From: Octopus vulgaris
Lineage: Eukaryota
Direction of reading: 5' to 3'
Length of the DNA: 64,000 nucleotides
Assembly: GCA_951406725.2 (NCBI GenBank)
Contig: OX597818.1
Span: forward strand, 32,178,001 to 32,242,000
In this document: one piece after another, positions 1 through 11,436 of the stretch
How the letters are laid out: each line of letters opens with the position of its first letter
Position numbering within the stretch: the first letter of the stretch is position 1
Position numbers and translations under genes: made by a program
Notes under the pieces: generated by a model
Database searches by the model: none
The model's input: the letters and a program-made list of their open reading frames with translations, nothing else
Told to the model about the DNA's origin: nothing

Positions 1-472
1 TTACGGGTACGTAAACACACAAAGTTACGGGTACGTAAACACACAATGCTTGTCAAGCATTTTCCTTTTTCCATGAGAAATTATCAATTATTTATATCAC
101 TTTTGTTACTAATACCATCTATTTTCAGCCATTTGTGTGTGTTGTTTGTGTCTACATTTTGCCAGTTGTGTGCGCATGTGCGCGAATCTGTGTTGTGCAT
201 ACGTTTTATTTTCATGCAACCATTACAATGCAACAAGCTGGCGCTCCGAATACCTCAACACTGACAACATTTTTTATTTGCCAAGATCATGCATTTCCTC
301 AAGAAATGCTTCATTATCAAGTTCTTTTATGTTACGTCGAAAAGTTGTCAAGCATGAAAGAAAATGAGTTCTTTTATGTATTTACGCATTTCTCTATAGC
401 CTTACATTTATTACTGTATGCCTGAAGATATTTTCACATACGCATAGACTAAAACAAATCTGCAAACTTACG

Positions 473-509
<37 letters not shown>

Positions 510-589
510 CTCTAAATGCCTGTGTTGAAGGCTTCAGACATTGCTGATTTGATTACGTTGAGGGTAAAAGTCTAATTCTCAGTCATCCA

Positions 590-2050
590 GAATGTTTCAG
601 ATAAAGCTGTTCTTACACGAGGTCAGAGGAACAAAGTCATTTCACCAGCTTCAAGCAGTGGATAGTTACGTTTGTGAAATATGAAGAGAAGCTTATATCT
701 TGCAAAACATATTTAAATGATGTCCAGTGGGTAGCAACACTGATGGAAGCAGATATTTTACAATCACATTCAAAACCGCGAAGCCTCCTCGCAGTTTTGT
801 TCACATGCAAACAGACATCGGCTAATGATCTCAAGAAGATGCCACCTTAATTCCGCCGAGGTCAACTTTGCCTTTCATCCTTTCAGGGTCGATTAAATAA
901 GTATCAGTTATACATTGGGGTCGATATAATCGATTTAATCTGTTTGTCCGCTCTGTGTGTTACCTCTTGTGGGCAGTAAAGAAATAAGTATTTCGTCTGC
1001 CTTTACGTTCTGAGTTCAAATTCCGCCGAGGTCGACTTTGCTTTTCATCCTTTCGGGGTCGATTAAATAAGTACCAGTTACGCACTGGGGTCGATATAAT
1101 CGATTTAATCTGTTTGTCTGTCCTTGTTTGTCCCCTCTGTGTTTAGCCTCTTGTGGGCAGTAAAGAAATAAGTATTTCGTCTGCCTTTACGTTCTGAGTT
1201 CAAATTCCGCCGAGGTCGACTTTGCTTTTCATCCTTTCGGGGTCGATTAAATAAGTACTAGTTACGCACTGGGGTCGATATAACCGATTTAATCTGTTTG
1301 TCTGTCCCCTCTGTGTTTAGCCTCTTGTGTGGGCAGTAAAGAAATATGAAGATGCCAGCTTACGTGCTAGGAGACTTATAGAAGACATGGCTGGAAATTA
1401 TAAGCATTGAGTACAACATAATTTCAAAGTTGTTATTCATTTCAATGATAACACCAGCTTCAAATCGATTATTCGGACAAAAGTTTGGCTATGGGTGGAG
1501 TCGAATTGCATAAATATGATTTGTCCAGAATAACCCGTCCCAAGGGAACTAGCTTCCGCCCTCTGAGGTTCAACGTGAGCTGAAAGAAAGACTAAACGAT
1601 TTATGATTAAAAATAGTATTTGATACAAAAATTGTGAAATATGCTTTCGTGAATGATTTGTAGGAAATAATTTTCTAACAAACTTTTTATTGGATGCAGT
1701 TAGGAAACGTGGGGAAAATTGTGGAAATTGTATCTTCAGGTATTGTTGCGATTCTGCCAGGAGGGCAAAAATCTCACAGTACCTTCAAAGTGGCATTGCA
1801 CCTAACCTTTGAGGATACAACAGCAACCTGTTATATTAACAAATGAGCCTGATTAGCGGAAGTGCTAAATCAGTGTTCAATGGTGTCTTGCGATGAGTGC
1901 ACCATGTTTCACAAAGTTACTTTTGAGGCTTCGAATAAAACTCTAAAGCTCTCAAGAAGATAAAATTTCATTTCGGCAGAATAATAATAATTTTAGCTGT
2001 AGCTTTCGCAAGGCGTTTCTAGACTTTCCAAACGGGATTAAGATCTCATC
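590..2050 (+). pseudogene. Decayed Helitron Rep/helicase (PIF1-like) coding fragment, split by a SINE insertion
   Basis: Manual translation gives LFLHEVRGTKSF..VDSYVCE and NDVQWVATLMEA..RSLLAVL (~610-800). After ~1665 it gives ..FLTNFLLDAVRKRG, VSSGIVAILPGGQKSHSTFKVAL and CSMVSCDECTMFHK, matching the Helitron PIF1 motifs (A.SGIAA.LLPGG.TAHS.FK; I.WDE..M.HK). Stops and frameshifts are present. Confidence 0.8.
850..1347 (+). mobile_element. SINE family A, 5'-truncated tandem trimer, inserted into the Helitron relic
   Basis: Three ~160-180-bp units (ttccgccgaggtcgactttgc...gtaaagaaata). 15-bp target-site duplication GAAGATGCCA(C/G)CTTA at 835-849 and 1348-1362. Confidence 0.9.
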
Positions 2051-2141
2051 AAATTAAAAAAACTGTCTGAATTTGTTACATTCGTGGGAGTGCGTAAACA
2101 CGGATCAATATCGAGTTGATTCTTTTTTTTAAACTGTTGAC

Positions 2142-2530
2142 CTGGCAGAAACGTTAGCACACTGGGGCTAAATGCTTAGCGGTATTTCGCCTGCCGCTAC
2201 GTTCTGAGTTCAAATTCCGCCGAGGTCGACTTTGCCTTTCATCCTTTCGGGGTCGATTAAATAAGTACCAGTTAAGCACTGGGGTCGATCTAATCAACTT
2301 AATCCGTTTGTCTGTACTTGTTTGTCCCCTCTATGTTTAGCCCCTTGTGGGTAATAAAGAAATAGAGATTTTGTCAGATTTTACGTTCAAATTCCACCAA
2401 GGTCGACTTTGCCCTTTATCATTTGAAGTTCAATATAATATATACCAGTTGAACTCTGGGGTAGATGTAATCGAATAACCCATTCCATCCAAAATTGCCG
2501 GCCTTCTGTCTAAAATTTAAAACCAATACT
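2142..2530 (+). mobile_element. SINE family A (tail type A1) followed by an older degenerate copy
   Basis: tRNA-like head with B-box GAGTTCAAATTCC, central gtcgactttgcctttcatcctttcggggtcga, tail cccttgtgggtaataaagaaata. A degenerate second copy runs 2365-2530. Confidence 0.85.
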
Positions 2531-2740
2531 TGGTTTTACCACAAGACTATTGGGACTTGAGTCAGGTGTTGTTTTACCTACTTGATCAAAATAAGGATGT
2601 ACAACAGAGAGCCAACTAAAACCAAAAATGAACAATATAACCCCCCACATTTAAACAAACGAAGATGTAAATAGAACTATTAAATATATTAAAAAGTGTA
2701 TGTGCATATAATTACAAATACAGACATTCGCGGATTTATG

Positions 2741-3631
2741 TGCGAAGGGGTAGCAAAAAGAAACCGGAATTTTGCAATATTATTTTATTGACTTAGTTTC
2801 ACATTTTTACACTTTTATCACCTTCAAAGTATTCTCCAGTTGAAACAATGCATCGGTCCAGACGCGTTTTCCACTATTTGAAGCACTACTGGAACTCTTG
2901 CGAAGTGGTGCTTTTAACTCCGCCGTCGTGCTTTTTTTCTTTGCCTCTTTCACATCTGCAATTGTGTAACACCAGCTTTCATCACCAGTGACTACCTTCG
3001 AAAAAGGTTTGGATCAACTTCCATTTGGATCAAGTTCACGACACGCATTCAGTCTTCTATGAGCAACCGAGGCGCAAATTTTGCTGCAACTCTTTTCATT
3101 CGTAATTCCTCGCTCAAAATTCGTTGGCTGGAGCTCCATGACATACTAATCCTATCAGCAAGTTGGTCAATTGTTCGGTGAAGGTCCTCCAAGATCAGTT
3201 CATGAATTTTCATGATGTTTTCATTTGTTCAGGAGGTTGACGGTCGCCCTGAACGAAGTTGGTTTCCAAGCGACAAGTGACCATTCCTGAAGCGTGAAAA
3301 ACCATTCGTAAACTTCTGTTTTGTTCATGGCAGCGGCCTTGTTAGCTGTTTGAAGTATGACAACTGTTTTGGTCGCCGTTTTCCCCTGTAGAAAACAGAA
3401 TTTCACGGAAACCCACTGTTCCTTCCCTTCAGCCATTGCAAAAATCGACGAACAGGGGAGAAGCACTGCAAAACAAAGATGCACCACGTGAGAGAACGAC
3501 TTCACTGAATGATGCCGGTCGGTAGACTGATGCCTGAGGGTCGCATCAAGTGGCTTCTAGCGGCAGAAGCCCTAACTACAACGTGCGTGTCCTAAAGAGA
3601 AAGTTTCCGGTTACTTTTGAGTACTCTCGTA
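2741..3631 (-). mobile_element. Internally deleted mariner DNA transposon
   Basis: Imperfect TIRs (tgcgaaggggtagcaaaaagaaaccggaa / ttccggttacttttgagtactctcgta). The minus strand encodes a mariner N-terminus (EQWVSVKFCFLQGKTATKT..EVYEWF) and VVTGDESWCY, then jumps to the C-terminus RLDRCIVSTGEYFEGD. Confidence 0.88.
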
Positions 3632-4018
3632 TGTATGCACCCCTCCATACACGTAATCTTAAATATGCTGCATTAACACCAATTCCATGCATATACGCAG
3701 AATTGATTAGATTAAATGTTACATAACTGCTCACAAAGTAAGTCAAGGTATCTATGAGGTTTAAACAATTAAATCTTCAAAAACAGAGAAAAAAAAGGCA
3801 AAACAATGGCTACTTGTCGGTGATCACGTATTCATCTCTTTCTGTTTACTTCAATGCGAATGTTGCTTTGTTTCCTTTTTTTACCGCTTGTTTGTAAATG
3901 ATTCAAAAAGTGATTGCTTCGAAATTCCCTTTCGTATGTCAAATATCTCAAAAGTATTCATATTTGATTAGTTTTCAAAAACAAGAAGAAAAAAAAATAT
4001 TTGGCTACTTTTCAGAGT

Positions 4019-4335
4019 GTGGAGGCGCAATGGCCCAGTGGTTAGGGCAGCGGACCCGCGGTCGGAGGATCGCGGCTTCGATTCCCAGAATCGTGTGTGT
4101 TTATTGAGCGAAAACACCTAAAACTCCACGATGCTCCAGCAGGGGGTGGTGGCGACCCCTGTTGTACTCATTCGCCCCAACTTTCTCTTACTCTTTCTTC
4201 CTGTTTCTAGGGTAACGCTGCTATGGACTGGCGTCCCGTCCAACTGGGGGAAACACATACGCCACAGAAATAGGCCTAGTCAGGGCCCATGAGCCTGGCT
4301 AGGCTTGTAAAGGGCGCATAAATAAATAAAATAAT
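4019..4335 (+). mobile_element. tRNA-derived SINE family C
   Basis: A-box TGGCCCAGTGG, B-box-like TTCGATTCC, internal ctgctatggactggcgtcccgtcc block, (TAAA)n tail. TSD TTTTCAGAGT at 4009-4018 and 4336-4345. Confidence 0.88.
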
Positions 4336-4967
4336 TTTTCAGAGTAGACATTGCAAATTGTAGCCTAACTACATCAAATTTATGTCTATTAGTACGCGCC
4401 ATTTGTGCATAAAATCTTGCGTGTGTAATACATACACACTCACATACATGGACATATACATCCATTCACACACATACATCCATTCACACACATACATACA
4501 CATTTATAGGATGCGTTGGAGTCATCCGATATAGATGCCTACTAAATTTACAAGAGATGCACTATCAGTTGGCTCCAAGTTATCAAAACGCTACAAAAAA
4601 ATAATATCATCTTCAAAAGCGAAGATAACTTATGTAACACACCAAAGAATGATGCTGGAAATAAATTCTTGTATATAATTTAATGAGTTATGCTGTCTCT
4701 TTATACGTTATTGCTTAATCAAGATATGAAAAATATGTACCATTCTTCATTCTGGTTAATGGCATCACATATCTATATATTTTGGGTGAAATCTTATACT
4801 AAACTTTTACGTCGTTCCTCTTCAAGAGGTTTATTATATATCAACGGGGAAATGATTATAATATTATGATGCTCTAGGGTTTTCTTCTCAAAGAGAGGAC
4901 ACTATAGATAATCGGCTTCTGATAATTTTTATACGAGTATTCATATAATCGTACGGTGGCGCGCGCG

Positions 4968-5049
<82 letters not shown>

Positions 5050-5097
5050 CACGCCGTACTCATTCTTAATATAAATACGATTGTATATATTACTTAT

Positions 5098-5335
5098 GTT
5101 CTTTCTTCGTTTGCAAGTTTTAGTCATTTCACTGCAGACATGTGACAGCACCGACTTGAAGTGATTTTGTCGAACAATTCGACCACTAGAACATGTTTTT
5201 AAGCCTAATACTTATTCTATCGGTCTCTTTGCCGAACCGCTAGTTTATTGTCGCGTAAACATACCAGCACCGGTTATCAAGTAATGATGGGCGGACAAAC
5301 ACAGACACAAAGACACGCACATAAATTCATACACG
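5098..5335 (-). mobile_element. SINE family B, 3' half
   Basis: Matches the family B 3' part (cttattctatcggtctctttgccgaaccgctag) in reverse orientation. Confidence 0.75.
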
Positions 5336-5339
5336 TAGT

Positions 5340-5480
5340 ATAGTGCTATTGGACGCTCAGGAAAGGAAAGAAAGAAGGGGGATTTAACGTTTCGAGCAGA
5401 GCTCTTCGTCAGAAACATAGGAAAAGGAAAGATCCAAGGAAGAGAAGACGGAGAAGGAAAATTACCAACGATGCACACGC
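5340..5480 (-). mobile_element. Penelope-type terminal repeat (inverted relative to the ORF) containing a hammerhead motif
   Basis: Abuts the RT fragment and is homologous to 34615-34752. The reverse strand reads tttCTGACGAagagctctgctcGAAAcgTTAaat. Confidence 0.65.
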
Positions 5481-5481
5481 G

Positions 5482-6940
5482 CTAGGCTTATTAACCCAGC
5501 TAAATCAGAACTTGGCATTATTAGTGAAGAAAGTTTAGGAAAAATCAATGCGAAAGTCAGGTTAGTACAATGCTCCAATAGTATAGAAGTCGTTGACTGG
5601 TTTAAAACCATTGAGAATAAGAATAAAGCGAGATTCACGCAATTCGATATTGCCGATTTTTGTGCCTCTATCTCTAAGGAACTGCTAGATAAAGCCCTCA
5701 CCTTCGCAAGCGAATTCATAGAAATCAGTACACAGGATAGGGACATAATCTTCCATGCTAGAAAGACTTTACTCTTCAGCGAGAACGCAGTGTGGGTCAA
5801 GACTACCGATACAGAGGGTGCTTTCGATGTGAGCATGGGGTCATATGACGGAACAGGCATATACAATTTTATTGGACTATTCCTACTCGATACGTTGGGC
5901 AAGTCTTTTCTTGACGTATACTTCGCCATTTACAAATATGATGCCCTAGTTTTAACCGCAAATACCAATGGACCAGCACAGGATCATTTTAGGAAGGACA
6001 TCCAATTGGTGAAAACTTTCGGTCTTAGCATAACTACAGATACCAACCTGACGGTTGTCAATTTCCTAGGTGTATCCTTAGATCTAAATAAGAATATTTA
6101 TAAACCTTATAGGAAGCCCAACGATAGACTTAGTTATATTAATGTGGGTTCCTACCATCCCCACATAGTGTTTAAAAATTTAGTTAAAAATATTAGCAAC
6201 AGAATTTCTAGCCTCGCCTCCGATAGGGACATTTTTAATAGCGTTGCCCCTGTACATAATAAGGCTCTAAAAGATAGTGGATTTAGGGAGGAAATAACCT
6301 ATACACCTGCCACCAGTCCAATAATAAAGAAAAGGAAACATAGGAATAGGAAAACTATATGGTTCACCCGAAGGTCACCCGAAGTGACCTTTAATATAGG
6401 AAAGTATTTCTTAGCACTGATAGACAGACATTTTCCAGTCAACTACTAATTTTAAAAATATAATCGCACACAACACACAAAAACCACAATATGAAACCAG
6501 CTGTTCATGCAGGGATAAAAATTTGTGCCCGCTAAATGGAGCTTGCATGTCCGAGACCATCATTTATGAAGCCACCGTGGACTCTATATCCACTAAGGAC
6601 ACGGTTTCGACGAAGAAATACGTGGGCCTTACAGAGGGTAATTTCAAGGCCAGGTTCAATAATCACACCTTGAGCTTCAGGCACTGGGATAAAAGGAAAA
6701 CGACCAAATTATCCAGTCATATATGGTCCTTAAAAGATAAAGGTGTCAGTTACAACATCCATTGGAAGATCTTAGCCAAGTGTAAGCCCTACACCAACGG
6801 CAGTGGAAAGTGCGGTCTTTGTGATACGGAAAGATGGCTCATCTGGAAAAGCAGCTTAGACCCCGCCACGTTTCTAAATTTAAGAACTGAACTTTAACGG
6901 ATAATGTCCATACATGGATAAATATTTGTTACGCTTTTGG
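5482..6940 (+). pseudogene. Penelope-like element ORF, 5'-truncated: reverse transcriptase + GIY-YIG endonuclease
   Basis: ORF 5790-6449 carries FDVSMGSYDG, a degenerate Y(R)DD site (YKYDAL), VNFLGVSLDL, YKPYRKPND and YINVGSYHP. ORF 6523-6897 carries CPLNGAC..IIYEA..YVGLTEGNFKARFNNH..C.LC..E, the PLE GIY-YIG signature. The frame is disrupted between the two. Confidence 0.93.
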
Positions 6941-7399
6941 GCCCCCCGAGATTACAAACAGGACTTGTTTTCTATATTGTGTCCACATACAAGCTTTTTA
7001 TCTCTCTATACATTTTACTTATATTTCTTATATATTTTATATATATATATATTTACATATTTATAGAGATATTGTTTTTTAGTTTTATTGCTCATATATT
7101 TTTTACACATTTTTTCTGTATTTTACTTTCCATCCTGCATTTTTCCTGTGCGCATATAGACGTGTATATGGAATTTTTTGTGTGCACGTGTGGATGTGTG
7201 CGGGTATGTGCATATATAGACGTGTGTGTGCGTGCATGCGAGTATGTGCGTATATAGACGTGTTTTACTTTTATTGCTTATTTTTTACATATTTTTACCC
7301 ATTTTTCTGTATTTTGCCTTTAGCCGTTTTTTCTTGTGCATGTGCATATATAGACATGTGTATGAACCCTTTTTTGTGCGCGTATGTGTGAGATTCTGC

Positions 7400-7652
7400 A
7401 TAAGGAGTAGACAACCACCATATATATATATGTGTGTATGTGTGTATGTTTGTTTGTCCCCCACCACATAGCACTTGACAACAGGTGATGGTGTGTTTAC
7501 CTCTCCGTATCATAGTGGTTTGGCAAAAGAAACCCATAGAATAATGACCAAGCTTTTAAAAAATGTCTTGGGGTCGTCTTGTTCGGCTAAAACCCTTCAA
7601 GGCGGTGCTTCCAGCATGACCGCAGTCAACTGACTGAAACAAATAAAATAAT
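7400..7652 (+). mobile_element. SINE family B, 3' half
   Basis: Ends with ggcggtgcttccagcatgaccgcagtcaactgactgaaacaaataaaa. Confidence 0.75.
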
Positions 7653-7711
7653 ATACTGTATATATCATACAAATAAAAAAATTAAAAAAATATATATATA
7701 TATATATTTAT

Positions 7712-9022
7712 ATACGAAATTAAGTGGAACGACCACCAAAGTGGACATTCAATATGCCAAACATAAACGTCAAATCGCTATTACCACGAAAAGTGTGTTC
7801 TCAAGAAAAATCTCACCAAAATGCCAAAATGTAAAAATGAGTGAGACAAAGGAAAATATACGAAGTTCTGGAAATTGTGTTTTGTAAACGACAGACCACG
7901 CTGACGATCTTGCAGATATCTGCGTGTTTGCATATGTAGATATTAACAAGTGAAACATACGTAGATATTAAAAAGTGAAACCAGGTTAACGTTTTTTATT
8001 TCGTATATTTTCATTTGTCTAGCTCATTTTTACATTTTGGCGAGATTTTTCTTGAGAGCACACTCGTCGTGGTAATGGATACTAGAGCCATAATTATGGG
8101 TGACATTTTCATTTGATACCGCTAGAAAAAAATCCCATTTTCCGTAGCGGTGTCGTATGAAATTGTCACCCATAATTATAACTCTAGTGTCGATCTATTG
8201 CATTTCAATCTATTTTAGATTTAGAGTTAGGGTTTGTTAGGGTTAGGGGTTGGGGAAGGGTATCTTTTTTCTTCACAAATGTAAATAAACTCAATCTGTT
8301 TCTTAAAGGAGGGACATATTCATTATGCACAGAATGTTATTTACGTCAATGGAGGTAATTGATTGGTTGATACCGCTAGAAATTGAAAGAAAAAAATACA
8401 GCAAATATCTTACAAACTATAGAATTTTCTCAATAAAGCCAAGAGAAAAAGATGTTATTCTACCAGTATACGAAGTTTAAAACTTTTTAGTTACCTAGAA
8501 ATTATGTTACAAAGTACCGTTCAAAAGGAAAAGATCCCTGGTTTTAATTGATTAATGTCAATTTCTATCCTTATTATTTAATTTTAAATAAAAAAAATGT
8601 TCTCTAACCGGTAAATTAGCTGCTGAAATTTATTAACTACAGAATAATTTCTGGCCTCAGCGCGCCAAAGTGATGACATTTGAAAAATACACCCAAATAT
8701 GATATGTAGAACTTTATACATGATCGATTTGGGTTGAGCGTTCTGTATCTAGTTCTGGAAATTGTGTTTTGTAAGCGACAGACTACGCTGACGATCTTGC
8801 AGATATCTGCGTGTTTACATACGTAGATATTAGCAAGTGAAACCATGGTACGTAGGTCATCTTTTTTATTTCGTATATTTTCATTTGTCTTGCTCATTTT
8901 TACATTTTGGCGTTTTACTGAGATTTTTCTTGAGAACACACTCTTCGTGGTAATGGCGATTTGACGTCTATGTTTAGCGTATAGGGTATCCACTTTAGAG
9001 GTCGTCCCTCTTAATTTTGTAT
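7712..9022. repeat. Composite repeat with ~155-bp inverted arms and a ~210-bp internal direct repeat
   Basis: 7712-7864 is the reverse complement of ~8870-9022, and 7865-8077 repeats at ~8752-8957. Confidence 0.75.
8078..8537 (-). mobile_element. TTAGGG-containing MITE (same family as 22164-22572) with one end folded back
   Basis: Reverse-complement match to 22164-22550, ending ...aaaagatcc. 8078-8191 is a palindrome of the element end. Confidence 0.8.
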
Positions 9023-9112
9023 GTACACAAATTTTAATCTTCGGATTTTTTTACATATGCTAAGCCACTGATTTTAATTGATTAATATCAATTTCTACCT
9101 TTATTATTTAAT

Positions 9113-9144
<32 letters not shown>

Positions 9145-10220
9145 ACATATATATATATATACACACAAAAGACTTTCATTTATTCCAGCCATACACTACT
9201 AAAAATAGTTACGAATATCCCTCAAGTTACAAGATACACTCTTTAAAAGGTTATGAAGTAAACAATGGTTATCGTAATCCAAAATACACAACACAATAGG
9301 AGGTCACGAATGGGACGCCTTTAATCTAGATCTACTCAGTCAAAGTCGAACTGACCTAAACAATTCTTAACATGCAAATTTTGGAATTATTGTTCTGTAC
9401 AAAATTTCATTTAAAAATAAAATTTCAAAAACTTCAGAAAGGGTGAGATTTGAACTCACAACATGAGACTTAATCAAATGCTGCGAGTAATTTTGTGTAT
9501 CGCTGAACTGATTCGACGATCCCCGTCTTTGTTTGCGTTTAATGTAGCGGCTGCTTTACTTTAAGAATAAAGCATCCCTTTTTCGGGAACATACACTAGC
9601 TGCGTGTGTGCCAATGTTTTATGCATGACGTTTAGCTAAGCATTGAAATCGACCCACGCACACACAGACAGAAAGTAATGAAATACGCTAGCATAACGTA
9701 TGTTATACACGTATATGAATGCGCCTACTGTATCAGTCAAACACATGCTAACGTACAAACACGCACAGACACACACAAAGAAAACATACATGCATGTACA
9801 CATGCAAATACGTACACGTGTACATACGAATTTTATGAAGTAAAGTGTGTCTATACTATTTCGTGTGTGTCTGTGTTGTTAAAGACGTATCTTAAGCCTA
9901 TTTTAAATATGAACCTTAAAAGGAGTCATCAACGTGCTCGTTCGATCTGTTAGAAATAACAACTAGATTCTCTCCTAAATAATTTCTAACGGAATGCGTG
10001 GCACATTGAGCAAGTGCCTTCAATGATTGACCCCTGGGCGACAAATGTCCTGTGAATGAATTTCGTACCCGAAAACTTTGTGGAAACCCGTCGTGCGTGT
10101 TACATATATATTGTGTATGTGTAATAACTTTTATTGGGAAATGGTTGATCATGACCGAGAAGTGTCTGTTTGCTTGCTTTCATCAGTAGGCGAAGGTAAG
10201 CAAACTGTATGTTCGAATAT

Positions 10221-10776
10221 ATGTTTCTTTATTAGCCACACAGGGCTGGACACAGACGGGACAAATTACAGAGTAAAGCTTTTCTTTTTGGGGAGAAAAA
10301 AAAAGTGGGGTAGGTTTTCGATCAAAATGGATCGTATAAAGGAAAAGCAAAGAAAAGAAACAAAACAATAGGAGAAAAAAAGAAAAGAAAAAACGATCAA
10401 TAGGGATCGTGTATCACAGAAATGTCATGATGTAAATGGTAAAGGGGGAAGCAGATAAGGTTTATCCGTGGAAAGAAAAGCCTACGGAAAAGACCACGAT
10501 ATCCTCGGTCATTAATTTCACATGTTAACACATTTATTTGCAAGTAAGTAACTCTCTATTTTAAATTTTTCCGGGTTCATAGGATTATACTCAAGGTGGC
10601 TTCGTCATTCATACGTGCCATCCTTGCTACATTCACCCATCTTTTTTTTAAACATTCCCTAGACAAGACTTGCCTCTCTACTCTCACTTTCCTTTTCAAG
10701 TGATACTTGAAGAAGTTGATGAGAGATTGAGCAGAGAGGAAAGTGTTTGTCTCTAATCCTTTCAGACGCGTCCATC
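10221..10776 (-). mobile_element. 3' end of an L1/Tx1-like non-LTR retrotransposon (ORF2 C-terminus + 3' UTR)
   Basis: The minus strand reads WTRLKGLETNTFLSAQSLINFFKYHLKRKVRVERQVLSRECFKKRWVNVARM..IIL* (F..RW-type terminus of L1/Tx1 ORF2). The UTR ends cagccctgtgtggctaataaagaaacat; a second UTR copy is at 61735-61881. Confidence 0.7.
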
Positions 10777-11166
10777 ATGCTCTACTGAATAGTATTGAGT
10801 AATCCTTCAGTTTAACCCATAAAGCACTGGGATTTGCATTTACATAGCATGGACTGCTGAACATATTTTATGAAAATGAGACTACCATGCACACATAAAA
10901 AGCAAAACAGTTAAAATATCTTCTTAATATATGATGGTGGAAAGTTTTATATCATCTGAAAAGTCATTAGTTGAACTATTAGTCCTCTTGCATTCCGGGG
11001 GATATCGGAGCATTTGAGTGACATTACACCCCAACAAATGCCCATAAATTAAATGCATCTATCTGGGCCACAATTGTGGCCTGTCGACCTGTGCCTGACG
11101 GTCACGTTCATGACCCGTCGCACTTTATGTGTTAATGTGTTACTTCTATATAGAACTTGATATGTG

Positions 11167-11370
11167 AAGGTGCATGGCTCGGTGGTTAGATAATCGGGCT
11201 CACAATCATGAGGCAGTGAGTTCAATTCCTGGACCGAGTTGTGTGTGGCCTTTTTGAGCGAGACACTTCTTTTCGCGTTGCTTCAGTTCACTCAGCTATA
11301 GAAATGAGTTGTTGTATTGGTCTTTCCCTTGGATAACATCGGTGGCGTGGAGAGAAAGAGACTGGTATTA
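11167..11370 (+). mobile_element. Old tRNA-derived SINE (family C-like head)
   Basis: TGGCTCGGTGG A-box and GAGTTCAATTCC B-box, then ttgagcgagacactt..gttgcttcagttcactcagct, shared with 18500-18772 and 55222-55468. Confidence 0.7.
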
Positions 11371-11436
11371 AACGAGCATTATAGGTATTTTCTTTTTTCA
11401 TAAATGTGTACCTACTTTTGAACCACCCTGTATATA

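Noticed and set aside
850-1347. Regularly repeated units superficially like a CRISPR array
   Set aside because: Whole ~170-bp units are repeated without unique spacers; the context is eukaryotic and there are no cas genes.
4021-4090. tRNA-like sequence (also at 55519 and 18700)
   Set aside because: It continues into a SINE body (with a TSD at this copy) and lacks a complete cloverleaf and acceptor stem, so it is not a tRNA gene.
8225-8252. TTAGGG repeats as an interstitial telomere
   Set aside because: Only 2-3 units, and they are an internal part of the MITE (also at ~22460).
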